From Chloroflexota bacterium (GTDB lineage: Bacteria; Chloroflexota; UBA11872; VXOZ01), in NCBI GenBank assembly GCA_965220015.1, contig OZ244798.1:1377790-1441789 (forward strand): a stretch of DNA of 64,000 bases. Direction: 5' to 3'. Positions 1-11,542 of this stretch are shown here, piece by piece. The stretch's first letter is position 1. Each line of letters begins with the position of its first letter. The notes below the pieces were generated by a model. That model worked only from the letters and a program-made list of their open reading frames with translations, was not told the DNA's origin and searched no databases. The position numbers and the translations under genes were made by a program.

Positions 1-2
1 GT

Positions 3-230
3 ATCAGTCCCAACACTCTGGTTGAACGCCTCCGTACGCTTGAGGAAGAGGAAATTATCACGCGCCGGGCCTACGCCGAAATTCCACCGCGTGTGGAATA
101 TACGCTCACTGAAAAAGGCAGCGCCTTGGTGCCGGTGCTGGATATGATGCGAGACTACGGCGAACGCTGGCTCAATCCCAGCGAGGAAGAGCCCGTGGCA
201 GCAGAGCCGGTTGGAGTTGCCCTGACATAG
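3..230 (+). CDS. HxlR-family (MarR-like wHTH) transcriptional regulator, C-terminal fragment; 5' end lies outside the window
   Basis: Frame-3 translation ISPNTLVERLRTLEEEEIITRRAYAEIPPRVEYTLTEKGSALVPVLDMMRDYGERWL... carries the HxlR-type PPRVEY(S/T)LTxKG wing motif. Stop TAG at 228-230. The ORF is open to the window edge, so it is not in the ORF track. Confidence 0.6.
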   Translation: MSPNTLVERLRTLEEEEIITRRAYAEIPPRVEYTLTEKGSALVPVLDMMRDYGERWLNPSEEEPVAAEPVGVALT

Positions 231-343
231 ACACTGACTGCGCGCGTTTGCAGCCAATGTGACTGCGCCAGATATCCCGCTTGAATAATAAGGCCTCCGC
301 TGCCAATATGGCCAGGGGAGGTTTCTTGAATTAATTAACTAGT

Positions 344-376
344 GATGGGCTCAGCAGGAATTCCGCTGAGCCCATC
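344..376. terminator. Candidate bidirectional intrinsic terminator between convergent hxlR-like gene (+) and acs (-)
   Basis: Perfect 12-bp inverted repeat GATGGGCTCAGC / GCTGAGCCCATC around the loop AGGAATTCC. The + strand is T-rich after the stem (GCTTTAGC). The - strand reads through the AT-rich TTAATTAA tract after the stem. It lies between two converging stop codons. Confidence 0.4.
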
Positions 377-430
377 GCTTTAGCTACTGTACAAGCCCCA
401 GTTGTATGTGGAAGACAGAATTGAGTTCTC

Positions 431-2392
431 TCAACCTTCTGAATCCTCGTACTGCCCGCGCAGATTTTCAACTATATTCGCGTCGAGCAGCGTCGTGGTG
501 TCGCCGAGGGCGCGGCCTTCCGCCACGTCGCGCAGCAGGCGGCGCATAATCTTGCCGCTGCGGGTCTTGGGCAAGTCCGCGGTGAAGAAGATGTCGTCCG
601 GCCGCGCGATGGGGCCGATCTTCCTCGCAACGTGCTTCTTCAGCTCATCGAGCAGGGTATCGCCCGGATCAACCCCATCTTTGAGAAGCACGAATGCGGA
701 GACCGCTTGGCCTTTGAGTTCGTGGGTCTTGCCGATGACGGCGGCCTCAGCCACCGACTGGTGGTCTACCAGCGCGCTTTCGATTTCCATCGTCGAGAGA
801 CGGTGACCCGCCACGTTCATGACATCGTCCACGCGGCCGAGTACCCAGAAGTAGCCATCGGAGTCTATCTTGGCGCCGTCACCGGTGAAGTAGATGCCAG
901 GATAGCGGCTCCAATACTGTTCCTTGAAGCGTTCGGGATCACCATAGATCGTCCGCAGCATTGCCGGCCAGGGTCGCTGAATTACAAGGTAGCCGCCGCC
1001 CTCCGGTACCTCATTTCCGGCCTCATCCAGAATAGCTGCAGAGATGCCGGGGAAGGGCTTCGTCGCCGAGCCTGGCTTTGTTGCGGTGTAGCCAGGCAGC
1101 GGCGTGATGAGGATCGCGCCGGTCTCTGTCTGCCACCAGGTGTCCACGATGGGACACCGTTCGCCGCCGATGTTCTTTTGGTACCACATCCAGGCTTCGG
1201 GGTTGATCGGTTCGCCTACAGAGCCAAGTAGGCGCAGGCTCGACATGTCGTGCATTGCCGGATACTCATCTCCCCAGCGCATGAAGGCACGGATGGCGGT
1301 TGGCGCCGTGTAGAGAATGGTGATGCCGTACTTTTCCACGATATCCCAGAAGCGGTCGCGGCCCGGAAAGTCCGGCGCTCCCTCATACATAACCGTCGTG
1401 GCCCCGTTTTGCAGCGGGCCGTAGATGATATACGAGTGACCGGTCACCCAGCCAATGTCGGCCGTGCACCAGTAGACGTCCTCATCTTTCATGTCGAAGA
1501 CCCACTTCGTGGTGAGGTAGGTCTGGGTGGAGTAGCCGCCGGTGGTGTGCACGATGCCCTTGGGCTTGCCGGTGGTGCCGCTGGTGTAGAGGATGTAGAG
1601 CATGTCCTCGGCGTCCATCTCCTCCGGCTCGCAGCGAAGCGCGGCGGAGTCCATCAACTCGTGCCACCAGTGGTCGCGGCCCTCTTTCATCTCGATACCG
1701 GCTTCGTCACCAATGCGCTTGACAACGACCACGTTCTCGATTGTGGGGCTGCGTTCCACTGCTTCGTCGGCCATCTGCTTTAGCGGCACGATGCCGCCGC
1801 GCCGCCAGCCGCCGTCGCACGTGACGAGCACGTTCCCTTGGGCATCATTGATGCGGTCGGCAAGGGCCTCGGCGCTAAAGCCGCCGAACACGATGCTATG
1901 CGGGGCGCCTATGCGGGCGCACGCCAACATGGCGATTGCAAGCTCCGGCACCATGCCCATATAGAGCGTCACACGGTCGCCCTTCTTGACGCCCAGACCC
2001 TTGAGGGCATTGGCGAATTTGCTCACCTCGCGCCACAGATCGTAGTACGTGAGCACGACTTGGTCGCCGGGCTCACCTTCCCAGATGATGGCGGCTTTGT
2101 TGCGCCGCCACGAGGTCAAATGGCGATCAAGGCAATTATGGGTAATGTTGAGTTTGCCGCCGACGAACCACTTGAAGAAAGGGGGATCGGATTCGTCCAG
2201 CACCTGGTCCCATTTCTTGAACCAGTGCAACTCTTCCGCGACGGAAGCCCAGAATGCTTCCGGATCGGCCGCGGCCTGCGCAAAGACGTCATCGGCATTG
2301 ACATGGGCGTTCTTTGCGAATTCTTCTGGCGAAGGAAAGACCCGTTGTTCTTCCAACAGGGCTTCGATTGTGTTACCGGACTCTGTTGCCAT
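431..2392 (-). CDS. acs: Acetyl-coenzyme A synthetase (AMP-forming)
   Basis: The translation has the full Acs architecture: [14 protein letters not shown]-binding motif, WWQTETG, and C-terminal [11 protein letters not shown]. The ORF track extends it to 2752, but the conserved N-terminus [19 protein letters not shown] starts at the ATG at 2390-2392. That ATG is preceded by AGGAGG at a 5-nt spacing. 653 aa. Confidence 0.93.
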   Translation of the reverse strand: MATESGNTIEALLEEQRVFPSPEEFAKNAHVNADDVFAQAAADPEAFWASVAEELHWFKKWDQVLDESDPPFFKWFVGGKLNITHNCLDRHLTSWRRNKAAIIWEGEPGDQVVLTYYDLWREVSKFANALKGLGVKKGDRVTLYMGMVPELAIAMLACARIGAPHSIVFGGFSAEALADRINDAQGNVLVTCDGGWRRGGIVPLKQMADEAVERSPTIENVVVVKRIGDEAGIEMKEGRDHWWHELMDSAALRCEPEEMDAEDMLYILYTSGTTGKPKGIVHTTGGYSTQTYLTTKWVFDMKDEDVYWCTADIGWVTGHSYIIYGPLQNGATTVMYEGAPDFPGRDRFWDIVEKYGITILYTAPTAIRAFMRWGDEYPAMHDMSSLRLLGSVGEPINPEAWMWYQKNIGGERCPIVDTWWQTETGAILITPLPGYTATKPGSATKPFPGISAAILDEAGNEVPEGGGYLVIQRPWPAMLRTIYGDPERFKEQYWSRYPGIYFTGDGAKIDSDGYFWVLGRVDDVMNVAGHRLSTMEIESALVDHQSVAEAAVIGKTHELKGQAVSAFVLLKDGVDPGDTLLDELKKHVARKIGPIARPDDIFFTADLPKTRSGKIMRRLLRDVAEGRALGDTTTLLDANIVENLRGQYEDSEG

Positions 2393-2489
2393 CGTGTCCT
2401 CCTGCAATTGGCACAGCACATCTGAGATGCCAAGGTAGGTGCGTGTTTGGGTGCCATGATAGCATAGCGTTTCGGGCGCTTCAATCGCG

Positions 2490-2615
2490 CCTGCGCTTAC
2501 TACTGCGGCTATTGCCGCAGTTGCTTCTACGTTTACTAGCGCAACTGCTGCTGCGCCTGCTAGCGCAGTTGCTGGTGCGTTTACTATCGCAATAGCAACT
2601 GCGTTTACGCCTACA
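2490..2615. repeat. Imperfect direct repeats (GCGYTTACKA core, 4 copies) with embedded short inverted repeats in the acs upstream region
   Basis: Copies at about 2495 (GCTTACTACTG), 2529 (CGTTTACTAGC), 2577 (GCGTTTACTATCGC) and 2601 (GCGTTTACGCC). They are interspersed with GCAACTGC / GCAGTTGC inverted pairs. The region is non-coding, sitting between the acs start (2392) and the next + gene (2795). Confidence 0.5.
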
Positions 2616-2794
2616 CGCTTCTCAGGTAAGATTGAGTCAGCAAGCAGAGCGGGCCGGGGCAGGCTGCAACTCTGCGCTGCGCTGGTTGTGCGGGGCGCAT
2701 TGCGCGCTTGCGGATGTGGTGCGCCGGGGGTGATCCGCTGCTGCAGCCACACTTTTCTTGAGAACGCAGACGGCTGTACCTCAATTGCAGTCGC

Positions 2795-4536
2795 TTGCCA
2801 AAGGAAGCAGCAATCAACGTGGCGACCTCGTCGAAGACAGCCTCAGCAACTGCTGAATTCTCCGGGAAGGGAGTTGCCTCGGCGGCGAGCTACGTCAACC
2901 GGATTTCGCAGTTTGGCCGGCGCTTGCGGCTGTTGGCGGTGCTATTGCGGCTAGTCCGGGCCTTGTGGGTGGCGGCACTGCTTTACGTGGGTCTCTCGCT
3001 TATCGGGTCGCTGCTTGTGCCGCAGTTTCCGGTCTTTGCCGTCTGCTTTCTCCTTGCAATCGGCGTGTTCCTCGCCTTGGTCGTCCCTGCGGTGATGCGC
3101 CGTCTCAACACGCTCGACGTCGCCAAGGCCTACGATGAGCGTCTGTCGCTGTCCGAACGTCTTGCCACGGCGGTAGAAATGCTGGGGCGTACAGATGAGA
3201 ATCCGTTTCGCCCATTGCTCCTCGACGATGCCAGCCGTCACGCGGCAGAAATCCAACCGAGACAGGTATTTCCTCTTGCGATCCCGCAGCGAGACGTGCT
3301 TCTCCTGGCATTGGCATTGGTGGCGCTCTTTCTCTGGGAGGTGTTTCCCTATATGGCCGGTCAACTCGCTCCGCTTGCCCCCTTGGCGCACCAGGTAGCG
3401 GCAGTGCGTGAAGGCACGCTCATCGAGCAGACCTCACCGGATGCGTTCGTGGTCGGCGAAGATTCCGATACTCCCGTGGCGGCAAAGGACCTTGCGGAAC
3501 CGGTTGCGGCGCAGGAAGGGGCCCAGCAGGGCCAGAACCAGCCGTTACTCACGCAGGCTGAACTGAACCAGCAACAGAATTCCGCCCAGCAGGCTCAGGC
3601 CGCTGAGGAGGGGGAGGTGGGGGAGAACAAGGAAGGTGGGTCAGACCTCACAGATCTTGCGCAACAGCTTCAGGAAAGTCGCAATCCCCAGATCGATCAG
3701 CAAGCCACGTCTCTCGCCGAGATAGGCAGAGAGCTTACGCAGGCCCGGCCCTCACGCCAAGCCGGCCAGAACTTGGAGCGCGGCAACTACGAGCAGGCGG
3801 CGCAAGCGCTCGAAGAGTTGGCGCGGCAGGTGCGAGACCTCTCGCGAGAGGACCGCAATGACATGACCGATGCGTTTGCCAAGGCGGCCGAACGCGCGCA
3901 ACAGGCCGATCCGCGCCTGGCCCAGGAGTTAGCGGACGTGAGCAGGGAAGTCGCATCGTACAACGACCCCGCGACGGAGCGTGAACTGCAGGAACTAAGC
4001 GATGCCATTCAGGAGCGCGGACAGCGTATCCGGGCGCAGCAACAGTTGGAGCAGCAGGCTGAACAGTTGCGCGCCGGCGCGAGCGGCGAAGAATCAGGGG
4101 CGCAACAGAGCGATGCGCAGCAGCAGAGAAACCAGGCACAGCAGGCGTTCAACACAGCCGGCGTGGCGGAACAGCCGGGGCAGGCGCAGCAGCAAGATTC
4201 CTGGCAACTGCAGTCCGCGCCGGGCGGCCCAAGCCAAGGCGGCGGCAACCGCGGCGAGCAGTCCTTCGATCCGGGACCGGAAGCGCCCCGCCTGCAAATT
4301 CAACAGAAGCCATCGGTAGTCTTGGCGGACAGGGGGATTGGCCCGTCGCTCTGGTCGCCGCAACGTGCGCCGGTGGTTGTGCCCGGGCCAGGTTCAGCCC
4401 CGGCCCAGTATGGTGTTACCGACGCAGGTAACGCCATAATCTCCACGGGCGGCGCGAGTCACTTTGTGCCGTGGATGGTAGCCGACTATGTCCAACAATA
4501 CTTTAACGCCTTATCGAACGCGCTGGAGCAGTCACA

Positions 4537-4540
<4 letters not shown>
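2795..4540 (+). CDS. Hypothetical membrane protein with a long Gln/Ala/Glu-rich low-complexity (coiled-coil-like) region; first gene of the MoxR-DUF58-VWA operon
   Basis: 581-aa ORF. The N-terminal third has 3-4 predicted TM helices ([67 protein letters not shown]). Next comes ~250 aa of Q/A/E-rich sequence ([35 protein letters not shown]). The stop overlaps the moxR start (ATGA). The start is uncertain: 2795 is TTG, an alternative is GTG at 2819, and no strong RBS is present. Confidence 0.6.
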
Positions 4541-5534
<994 letters not shown>

Positions 5535-5538
<4 letters not shown>

Positions 5539-6422
5539 AGCCGAGTCCTTCGGCATTGATCGACCATGCGTTCTTGCGGCGGTTGGACCGGCTGCAACTG
5601 ATCAGTCGACGCGGCTATGGCATGGTGAGCGGCGGCGGCAGGCGCAGCCGACAGTTCGGTTCGTCAATCGAGTTCGCCGACTACCGCAACTACAGCCCCG
5701 GCGATGACTTTCGCCACATAGACTGGAACGTCTTCGGTCGCTCGAATCGCCTCTACATCAAGCTGCGCGAAGCGGAAGAGCATCTTGCCGTTCACGTCCT
5801 CGTGGACGGCAGCCGCTCCATGGACTGGGGCCGGCAGAATAAGTTTGCGTATGCCAAGTCGCTGGCGGGCAGTTTGGGATACATTGCGCTGAATCGCGAC
5901 GACGTGCTGGCTGCCGCCGTGTTCAGCGATTCGGTCGAGCAGTACTTTGCGCCCGCCCAGGGCAGGGCCTTTGCCCTGCGCTTCTTCGACTTTCTCGAGC
6001 AGGCGGGCCCCGTTGGCGGCGCCACCTCGTTGGTAGCGGCGATACGCAATTACGTGGCCCGCAACGCGCAGCGCGGCCTGGTGATCTTGATCTCGGACAT
6101 GATGACGGAGGATGCCTATCGCGGCATCACGGCCATACAGGAAGCGGGGAATGAGCTTGTCCTCCTGCACGTGCTCGATTGGGCGGAAATCGATCCCGAA
6201 CTGAGCGGCGAGCTAAGTCTGGTCGATCGTGAAACCGGTCGATCCATCAATGTGGCGGCGGATGCGGAAACGCTCAACCAATACCGCGAGCACGTGCTCG
6301 ACTGGGCCGATCAGCTAGAAAAATTCTGCGGGCGGCGGAACGCGCGCTACGTGCGGCTCGAAACTTCATGGCCGCTGGAGGAAGTCATGTTTCAGCGGCT
6401 CTTGCGGAGAGTCGTTTTATGA
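5535..6422 (+). CDS. DUF58 domain protein (MoxR-associated, vWA-like fold)
   Basis: FGSSIEFADYRNYSPGDDFRHIDWNVFGRSNRLYIKL... followed by VLVDGSRSMDWG, which is typical of DUF58. ATGA overlap with moxR upstream and with the next gene downstream. Confidence 0.85.
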
Positions 6423-8266
6423 GCTTGCTGGTCCCATTGGCTCTCGCGTGGGGAGCGCTCGCGGGGCTGGTCTTGCTCTTCTACATACTGCGGCCGCGCA
6501 GCCTGCGCATTGAAGTGCCAAGCATCTTCCTTTGGCGCGACTTGGTGCAACGCGAGCAGGCGCTCACCTTGTGGCAGCGGCTGCGCAGACACCTCCTGCT
6601 GTTCCTCCAACTCCTCGCCATTCTCTTGCTGGCCCTTGTGCTGGCGCGTCCGGAGCGCACGGCAGACTCCCTCCCTCAACGGCACGTGGTGCACGTCATC
6701 GATGCCTCCGCCAGCATGAGCGTGGCCTTCGGGAACACCACGCGGCTGGAAGAAGCGAAGGCCGCCGCGCTTGCGCAGGTAGAGATCGTCGAACCGGGCG
6801 ATCTGCTCACAGTGATGTCATTTGGCAGCCAGCCAGCGGTCCTCTCGTACCAGAATCGAGAGTTGCAAGCCGCGCGCGCTGCTGTCGAGAGCATAACGCA
6901 GACTGCCACGGTGGGGGATACGGAACGCGCATTGCAGTTAGCTATTTCTCTCGCAGATTCTCTGCCCGGTAGTGAGGTCTTTCTCTACACTGACGGTAGT
7001 TTCCCCGCGCCCGCCGTGCCTGAGACTGTGAACACGACTGTGAATTTCGTCCGCGTGGGTACACCGGCCGACAATCAGGGAATCAGCGCCTTTGCCATTC
7101 GCCGTCACCTGGAGAGTCTCCAGGCCTTCGTACAGGTGCAGAACTACAGCGGACAATCAGTCACCGTGCCGCTGGTTATGTTGGCAGACGGGCAGCCGCT
7201 GGAACGACGCGAAATCACACTGGCTCCGTACCCGGAGCCCGGCTCGTCGCTTGACCTGCTCTTTGGTGACTTTCCTGCCGGCACGTCACGTGTGGACGTG
7301 GTGCTGGACCACGAGGATGCGCTGGCGGCGGACGACCGCACCGCGTCGATCCTCATGCCGCCGCCGGTGCTGCGGGCGCTGTTGGTCTCAGATTCACCCT
7401 TCTTTCTCAGCACCGTCTTCGCGCCGCTGCCAAACCTTGCGCTTGACCATGTGCGTCCCGTGGAGTTTCGCCCGGCGGACGTCTATGATCTTTACATCTT
7501 CGACGGCTGGCTGCCAGCGGAGCTCCCGCCGGGCAATTGGCTAATCATCAATCCTCCCCCAGGGTCGCCGATCTTGCCGGTGAGCGGCGAAATGTTTGAA
7601 CCGCCGCTGGAATATGTGGCGCAGGGCCACCGCCTTTTGCAGTTTGTGGATATTCGCGATTTGCGCGTGTCGCGGGCGCAACGCATGGAGTTGCCTGCCT
7701 GGGCGGACGAGCTCATAGGGAGCAATCGCGGGCCGCTGGTGTTCAGCGGGACGATTGACGGCCGGCGCATGGTAGTCTTTTCGTTTTCGATTGTGCAGAG
7801 CAACTTGCCGTTGCGCACGGCGTTTCCCGTGTTGATGGGAAACATCTATCAGTGGCTCAATCCGTACCGCATTCAAGAGACAGTTTCTCACTTTCAGCCT
7901 CAGGATGTGATAGAGCTGGGACTGCATCCGCATGCCGACCGCTTGGTGGTTGAGAGGCCTGACGGCGGGCGCATTTCCTTCGGCGGCAGGCAGCGCATTC
8001 CATTCTCCGCCACGGAGGAACTTGGCGTCTATCGCGTGGTGCACTATGCGGGAGAGCAGGAAGTTTACCGTGAAGTCTTCATCGTTAGTCTCCAGGACAT
8101 AACGGAAACCAACGTCGGCGCCCAGGTGCCGGCGCTCGCGAGCGGCGGAGCTGCGGTACCGCCCATTGAACTGCCGGTCTTCCAAGAGATGTGGCGGTTC
8201 TTGGCGCTCGCAGCGCTCTTACTCTTGCTCTGCGAATGGGTGTGGTATCACCGGGTGCGCACGTAG
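6419..8266 (+). CDS. BatA-like N-terminal membrane domain + von Willebrand factor A domain protein
   Basis: N-terminus MSLLVPLALAWGALAGLVLLFYILRPRSLRIEVPSIFLW matches the aerotolerance BatA N-terminal domain. The VWA MIDAS-like block is HVVHVIDASASMSV. A C-terminal TM helix is present. The start was moved to the ATG at 6419, which overlaps the DUF58 stop; the ORF track starts at 6368. Confidence 0.8.
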   Translation: MSLLVPLALAWGALAGLVLLFYILRPRSLRIEVPSIFLWRDLVQREQALTLWQRLRRHLLLFLQLLAILLLALVLARPERTADSLPQRHVVHVIDASASMSVAFGNTTRLEEAKAAALAQVEIVEPGDLLTVMSFGSQPAVLSYQNRELQAARAAVESITQTATVGDTERALQLAISLADSLPGSEVFLYTDGSFPAPAVPETVNTTVNFVRVGTPADNQGISAFAIRRHLESLQAFVQVQNYSGQSVTVPLVMLADGQPLERREITLAPYPEPGSSLDLLFGDFPAGTSRVDVVLDHEDALAADDRTASILMPPPVLRALLVSDSPFFLSTVFAPLPNLALDHVRPVEFRPADVYDLYIFDGWLPAELPPGNWLIINPPPGSPILPVSGEMFEPPLEYVAQGHRLLQFVDIRDLRVSRAQRMELPAWADELIGSNRGPLVFSGTIDGRRMVVFSFSIVQSNLPLRTAFPVLMGNIYQWLNPYRIQETVSHFQPQDVIELGLHPHADRLVVERPDGGRISFGGRQRIPFSATEELGVYRVVHYAGEQEVYREVFIVSLQDITETNVGAQVPALASGGAAVPPIELPVFQEMWRFLALAALLLLLCEWVWYHRVRT

Positions 8267-8268
8267 CA

Positions 8269-11001
8269 ATGCTTGCTTACTTTTCACAGCCATGGCTGCT
8301 CCTCCTGATCCCGCTGGCATGGATCGTAGTCATCTTGGTTGCCCGGCGTGGCGTGATGCAGCTTTCGCGGCGCACTCTCGTCTTGGCCACGACCCTGCGG
8401 CTGATAGCGATTGCCCTGCTTGTCTTGGCATTGGCCGGACTACGACTGCCGTTGTCAGGCGGACCGGTCAACACGATCTTCTTGCTGGACACCTCTGCGA
8501 GCATCCTGCCCGGGACTCAGGCCGCAGCCCGGCAGTGGATTGAAAGGGCGGCCGCACAGCGCGCGCCCGATGACAGCGTGGCGCTCTTGACATTTGGCGC
8601 GGGCACGCGCATCGACCAACCCTTTAGCCGTGGCGGCATTGGTGAGAGTGAAACCGCGGCCATTGTCGAAGAACGCACGAACATTGCGGACGCGTTGCGA
8701 ATGGCCGCGTCGCTGTTCCCACCCGACGCGCCGAAGCGAATCGTCTTGCTCTCTGACGGCAACCAAACCGCGGGTGACGTCATGCGCGCGGCGGAAGTCA
8801 TCGCGGCCCAGGGTGTGCAAGTGGACGTGGTGCCGCTCCTCGCGGAACCGGGGATCGATGCCGCCGTCACCGAGGTCGCGCCTCCGAATGCCCTACGGGA
8901 AGATGAAAACTTCGAAGTGCGGGTTACGGTGGCTGCCACGACCCAGGGCGAGGCGGTGCTGCGGCTGTTCATGAACGAAACGCTCGTGAGCGAGGGACCG
9001 GTTAGGCTGGAGTACGGCCAGAATTACTTTACAATCCAACAGCCTGGTATCGAAGAAGGGTTCTACTCATTTCGCGCCCAGGTGGTCGCGTCGGATGACC
9101 AGCGCCCGCAGAACAACGATGCGTATGGCTATTCACAAGTGGGGCCCAAGGGTCTCGTGCTGGTGGTAGAAAACATCGTTGGTGACGCAATCATACTTAC
9201 CCAGGCCCTCCAAGCAGCCGGAATCCAGGCGCAGAATGTCACGCCGGCCCAGTTGCCGACTCGCCCGGAAGATCTTGACGGCGTGTCCAGCGTGGTGCTC
9301 GTCAACGTCCCTGCCTCCCAGCTTACCGAACAGCAAATGCAGGCGCTCCAGGACTTTGTGAAGAGCTTTGGCGGCGGTCTCGTAGCGCTCGGCGGCGCTG
9401 CGTCATTCGGCATGGGCGATTATGGCGGCACGCCTTTGGAACATGCGCTGCCCGTCATCTCGCAGCCGCCGGACCATGAGGAATTGCCGACTCTCGCGCT
9501 GGCGCTCCTCATCGATAAATCAGGCAGCATGAACGAGGGCGCTCCGGTCTCCAAGATTGCCATGGCACGTGAAGCGGCGGCGCAGGCAGTTGAGATTCTG
9601 GAGAGCGGCGACGTGCTGGGCGTGCTGGCATTCGAATACTCGCCGCAGTGGGTGGTACGGCCCGCGCCGGTAAATGACGCCGAAGACGCGCAGAATGTTG
9701 TGCGGCGGGTTTCAACCATCGAGGCCGGGGGCGGCACCGACATCTACAACGCCTTGCAGCTTGCTTACGATACGCTCCGCCGTACGCCCGCGCAGGTGAA
9801 GCACATCATTCTCGTAACAGATGGGCAGTCCACTTCCGCGCCCGGCCTATGGGATGTCTTGATGACCCGCATGCGCCGCGACCACATTACGCTTTCAGCA
9901 GTGGCGATAGGGGCGGACGCCGATCAAATTCTGTTGCAGCGGCTGGTGCGGCTGGGTGACGGCAGGTACTACTATGCCGACGTGCCGGAGAACATTCCTC
10001 AGGTCGTGACAAAAGAGAGTCAGCGCGCGAGCCGCTCGCTGGTCATGAGCCGGCTCTTCCAGCCCCGGGTGGTAACGGCCAGCCCGATTTTGCGCGCAAT
10101 CTTGCCCGATTCCTTGCCCAATCTCTCCGCTTTCGTGCGTACAGAGCCAAAACCGGCCGCGGAGACACCGCTACTTTCTGACACTAGTGATGTGATATTG
10201 GCGCAATGGCAGTATGGTCTGGGCCGGGCGGTGGCGTGGACAAGCGATGCCGGCCAAGATTGGGCGGCAGACTGGGGTGAATGGCCCCAGAACCAGCAAT
10301 TCTGGGCGCAAATGGTGCGGTGGACAATGCCGAGTCCGCTCAATCCGCAACTGGCGACACAGGTACAGGTTGACGGTAGCGAGGTGACGGTGGCGGTGGA
10401 TTCGGTGGATGAGCAGGGCAACATTCGCAACTTGCTCAACACGCAAGTAGAGGTGGCAGGCCCGGAACAACGCGCCTTCTCACTCAACTTGCCGCAGACG
10501 GCGCCGGGGCGTTACGCAGGCACGCTGAATGTGGATAAAGCCGGTGTGTATGCCCTGCGCATAACGCAGTACGATGGCGATACGCCGGTGGTGGAGCAGA
10601 TTACGGGCGCCGTCGTGCCGGTTGCAGCCGAGTTCTTGAGCTTTGAGACCGACTATCGGCTCTTGCGGCGTTTGGCTACGGTCACAGGCGGGAAAGCACT
10701 GACGAGCGCGGCGGAGGCATTCCGACATGACCGGCCGCCGCCGGAGGGCTACAACCGGCCCTTCTGGCAGCCACTTGTAGTAATCGCGTTGATCCTGTTC
10801 GTTGCCGATATCGGTGTGCGCCGCCTGCGGTTTACCTGGTATGAGCTTGGGATATTTGGGTCAGTCGTGCGGTCGTTGCGCTTGCCGCGGCTAGGCGCTC
10901 CCTTGCAACGCGAGTTGCAACAGCAACTGCGGCAAGTGTCGCGCATGCGTTGGTTCGCGGGGCTGCAGTCCTGGTGGCAGCGCGTACCTAAGCGGTCCTA
11001 G
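8269..11001 (+). CDS. Large VWA-domain membrane protein (two vWFA domains with a GATase1-like middle domain)
   Basis: N-terminal TM helices and two VWA blocks (TIFLLDTSASILPG and ALLIDKSGSMNEG), then TVSTIEAGGGTDIYNAL, and a C-terminal TM helix. The ATG at 8269 lies 3 nt after the upstream stop; the ORF track start 8191 overlaps the previous gene. Confidence 0.8.
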   Translation: MLAYFSQPWLLLLIPLAWIVVILVARRGVMQLSRRTLVLATTLRLIAIALLVLALAGLRLPLSGGPVNTIFLLDTSASILPGTQAAARQWIERAAAQRAPDDSVALLTFGAGTRIDQPFSRGGIGESETAAIVEERTNIADALRMAASLFPPDAPKRIVLLSDGNQTAGDVMRAAEVIAAQGVQVDVVPLLAEPGIDAAVTEVAPPNALREDENFEVRVTVAATTQGEAVLRLFMNETLVSEGPVRLEYGQNYFTIQQPGIEEGFYSFRAQVVASDDQRPQNNDAYGYSQVGPKGLVLVVENIVGDAIILTQALQAAGIQAQNVTPAQLPTRPEDLDGVSSVVLVNVPASQLTEQQMQALQDFVKSFGGGLVALGGAASFGMGDYGGTPLEHALPVISQPPDHEELPTLALALLIDKSGSMNEGAPVSKIAMAREAAAQAVEILESGDVLGVLAFEYSPQWVVRPAPVNDAEDAQNVVRRVSTIEAGGGTDIYNALQLAYDTLRRTPAQVKHIILVTDGQSTSAPGLWDVLMTRMRRDHITLSAVAIGADADQILLQRLVRLGDGRYYYADVPENIPQVVTKESQRASRSLVMSRLFQPRVVTASPILRAILPDSLPNLSAFVRTEPKPAAETPLLSDTSDVILAQWQYGLGRAVAWTSDAGQDWAADWGEWPQNQQFWAQMVRWTMPSPLNPQLATQVQVDGSEVTVAVDSVDEQGNIRNLLNTQVEVAGPEQRAFSLNLPQTAPGRYAGTLNVDKAGVYALRITQYDGDTPVVEQITGAVVPVAAEFLSFETDYRLLRRLATVTGGKALTSAAEAFRHDRPPPEGYNRPFWQPLVVIALILFVADIGVRRLRFTWYELGIFGSVVRSLRLPRLGAPLQRELQQQLRQVSRMRWFAGLQSWWQRVPKRS

Positions 11002-11003
11002 CG

Positions 11004-11402
11004 ATGGGTCGAAGCGCGCCGAATGAACCTCACATACTAGTTGCTCTTGCCAATCCGCACTTGCGCACGAAGCTGACTTCTGTTTTGCAGGCGCACGGAC
11101 TAGGAATTCACATTCCGCACGACTTGGATGACCTGAAGAGACTTCTCGTGGGTGAGGGCGGTTGCGTGTCGCCAAAGGGGAGTGTGTTGGTTCTTGATGA
11201 AGCCTTCATCTTTCCCCACGTATACGAGGAGTGCGAGCGCTTCAAGGTTGCGGCGCAAACGCCACTCACGATAGTGCTGCTCGTGGAGCGACGGACGCGC
11301 ACACGCTCGGATTGGAACGGCGCCGACCGCATTCTAAGGCTTCCAGTAACAGGTGAAGAAGTTGGCTCGCATGTGTTGGCAGCTCTGGCAAAGCATCAGT
11401 GA
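11004..11402 (+). CDS. Hypothetical protein with a degenerate CheY-like receiver fold (last gene of the operon)
   Basis: Alternating beta/alpha pattern (HILVALANPHL ... VLVLDEAF ... TIVLLVER ... ADRILRLPV) resembles a receiver domain. It lacks the N-terminal acidic pair and the conserved Lys. It starts 3 nt after the upstream stop. Confidence 0.45.
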   Translation: MGRSAPNEPHILVALANPHLRTKLTSVLQAHGLGIHIPHDLDDLKRLLVGEGGCVSPKGSVLVLDEAFIFPHVYEECERFKVAAQTPLTIVLLVERRTRTRSDWNGADRILRLPVTGEEVGSHVLAALAKHQ

Positions 11403-11542
11403 GCGAGGTCGCCTGGATCTTGAACTCTTTGACTAAACGGCTAGAGCCCGTGAGCGGGTCTACCAAACCAGCAAGAATTGGGTTAGGACGTATCTGGTTG
11501 ACGCAGTAGAATAAAGCGAGATCGATCCGATAGTTGAAAGGT

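Noticed and set aside
2392-2752. N-terminal extensions in the ORF track: acs to 2752, dgt from 25426, the phosphoesterase to 24542, BatA-like from 6368, the large VWA protein from 8191, and ceramidase-like starts at 29691 and 31999
   Set aside because: The conserved family N-termini begin at internal Met/GTG codons with better RBS or overlap geometry. The extensions are upstream read-through without a stop, not real coding sequence.
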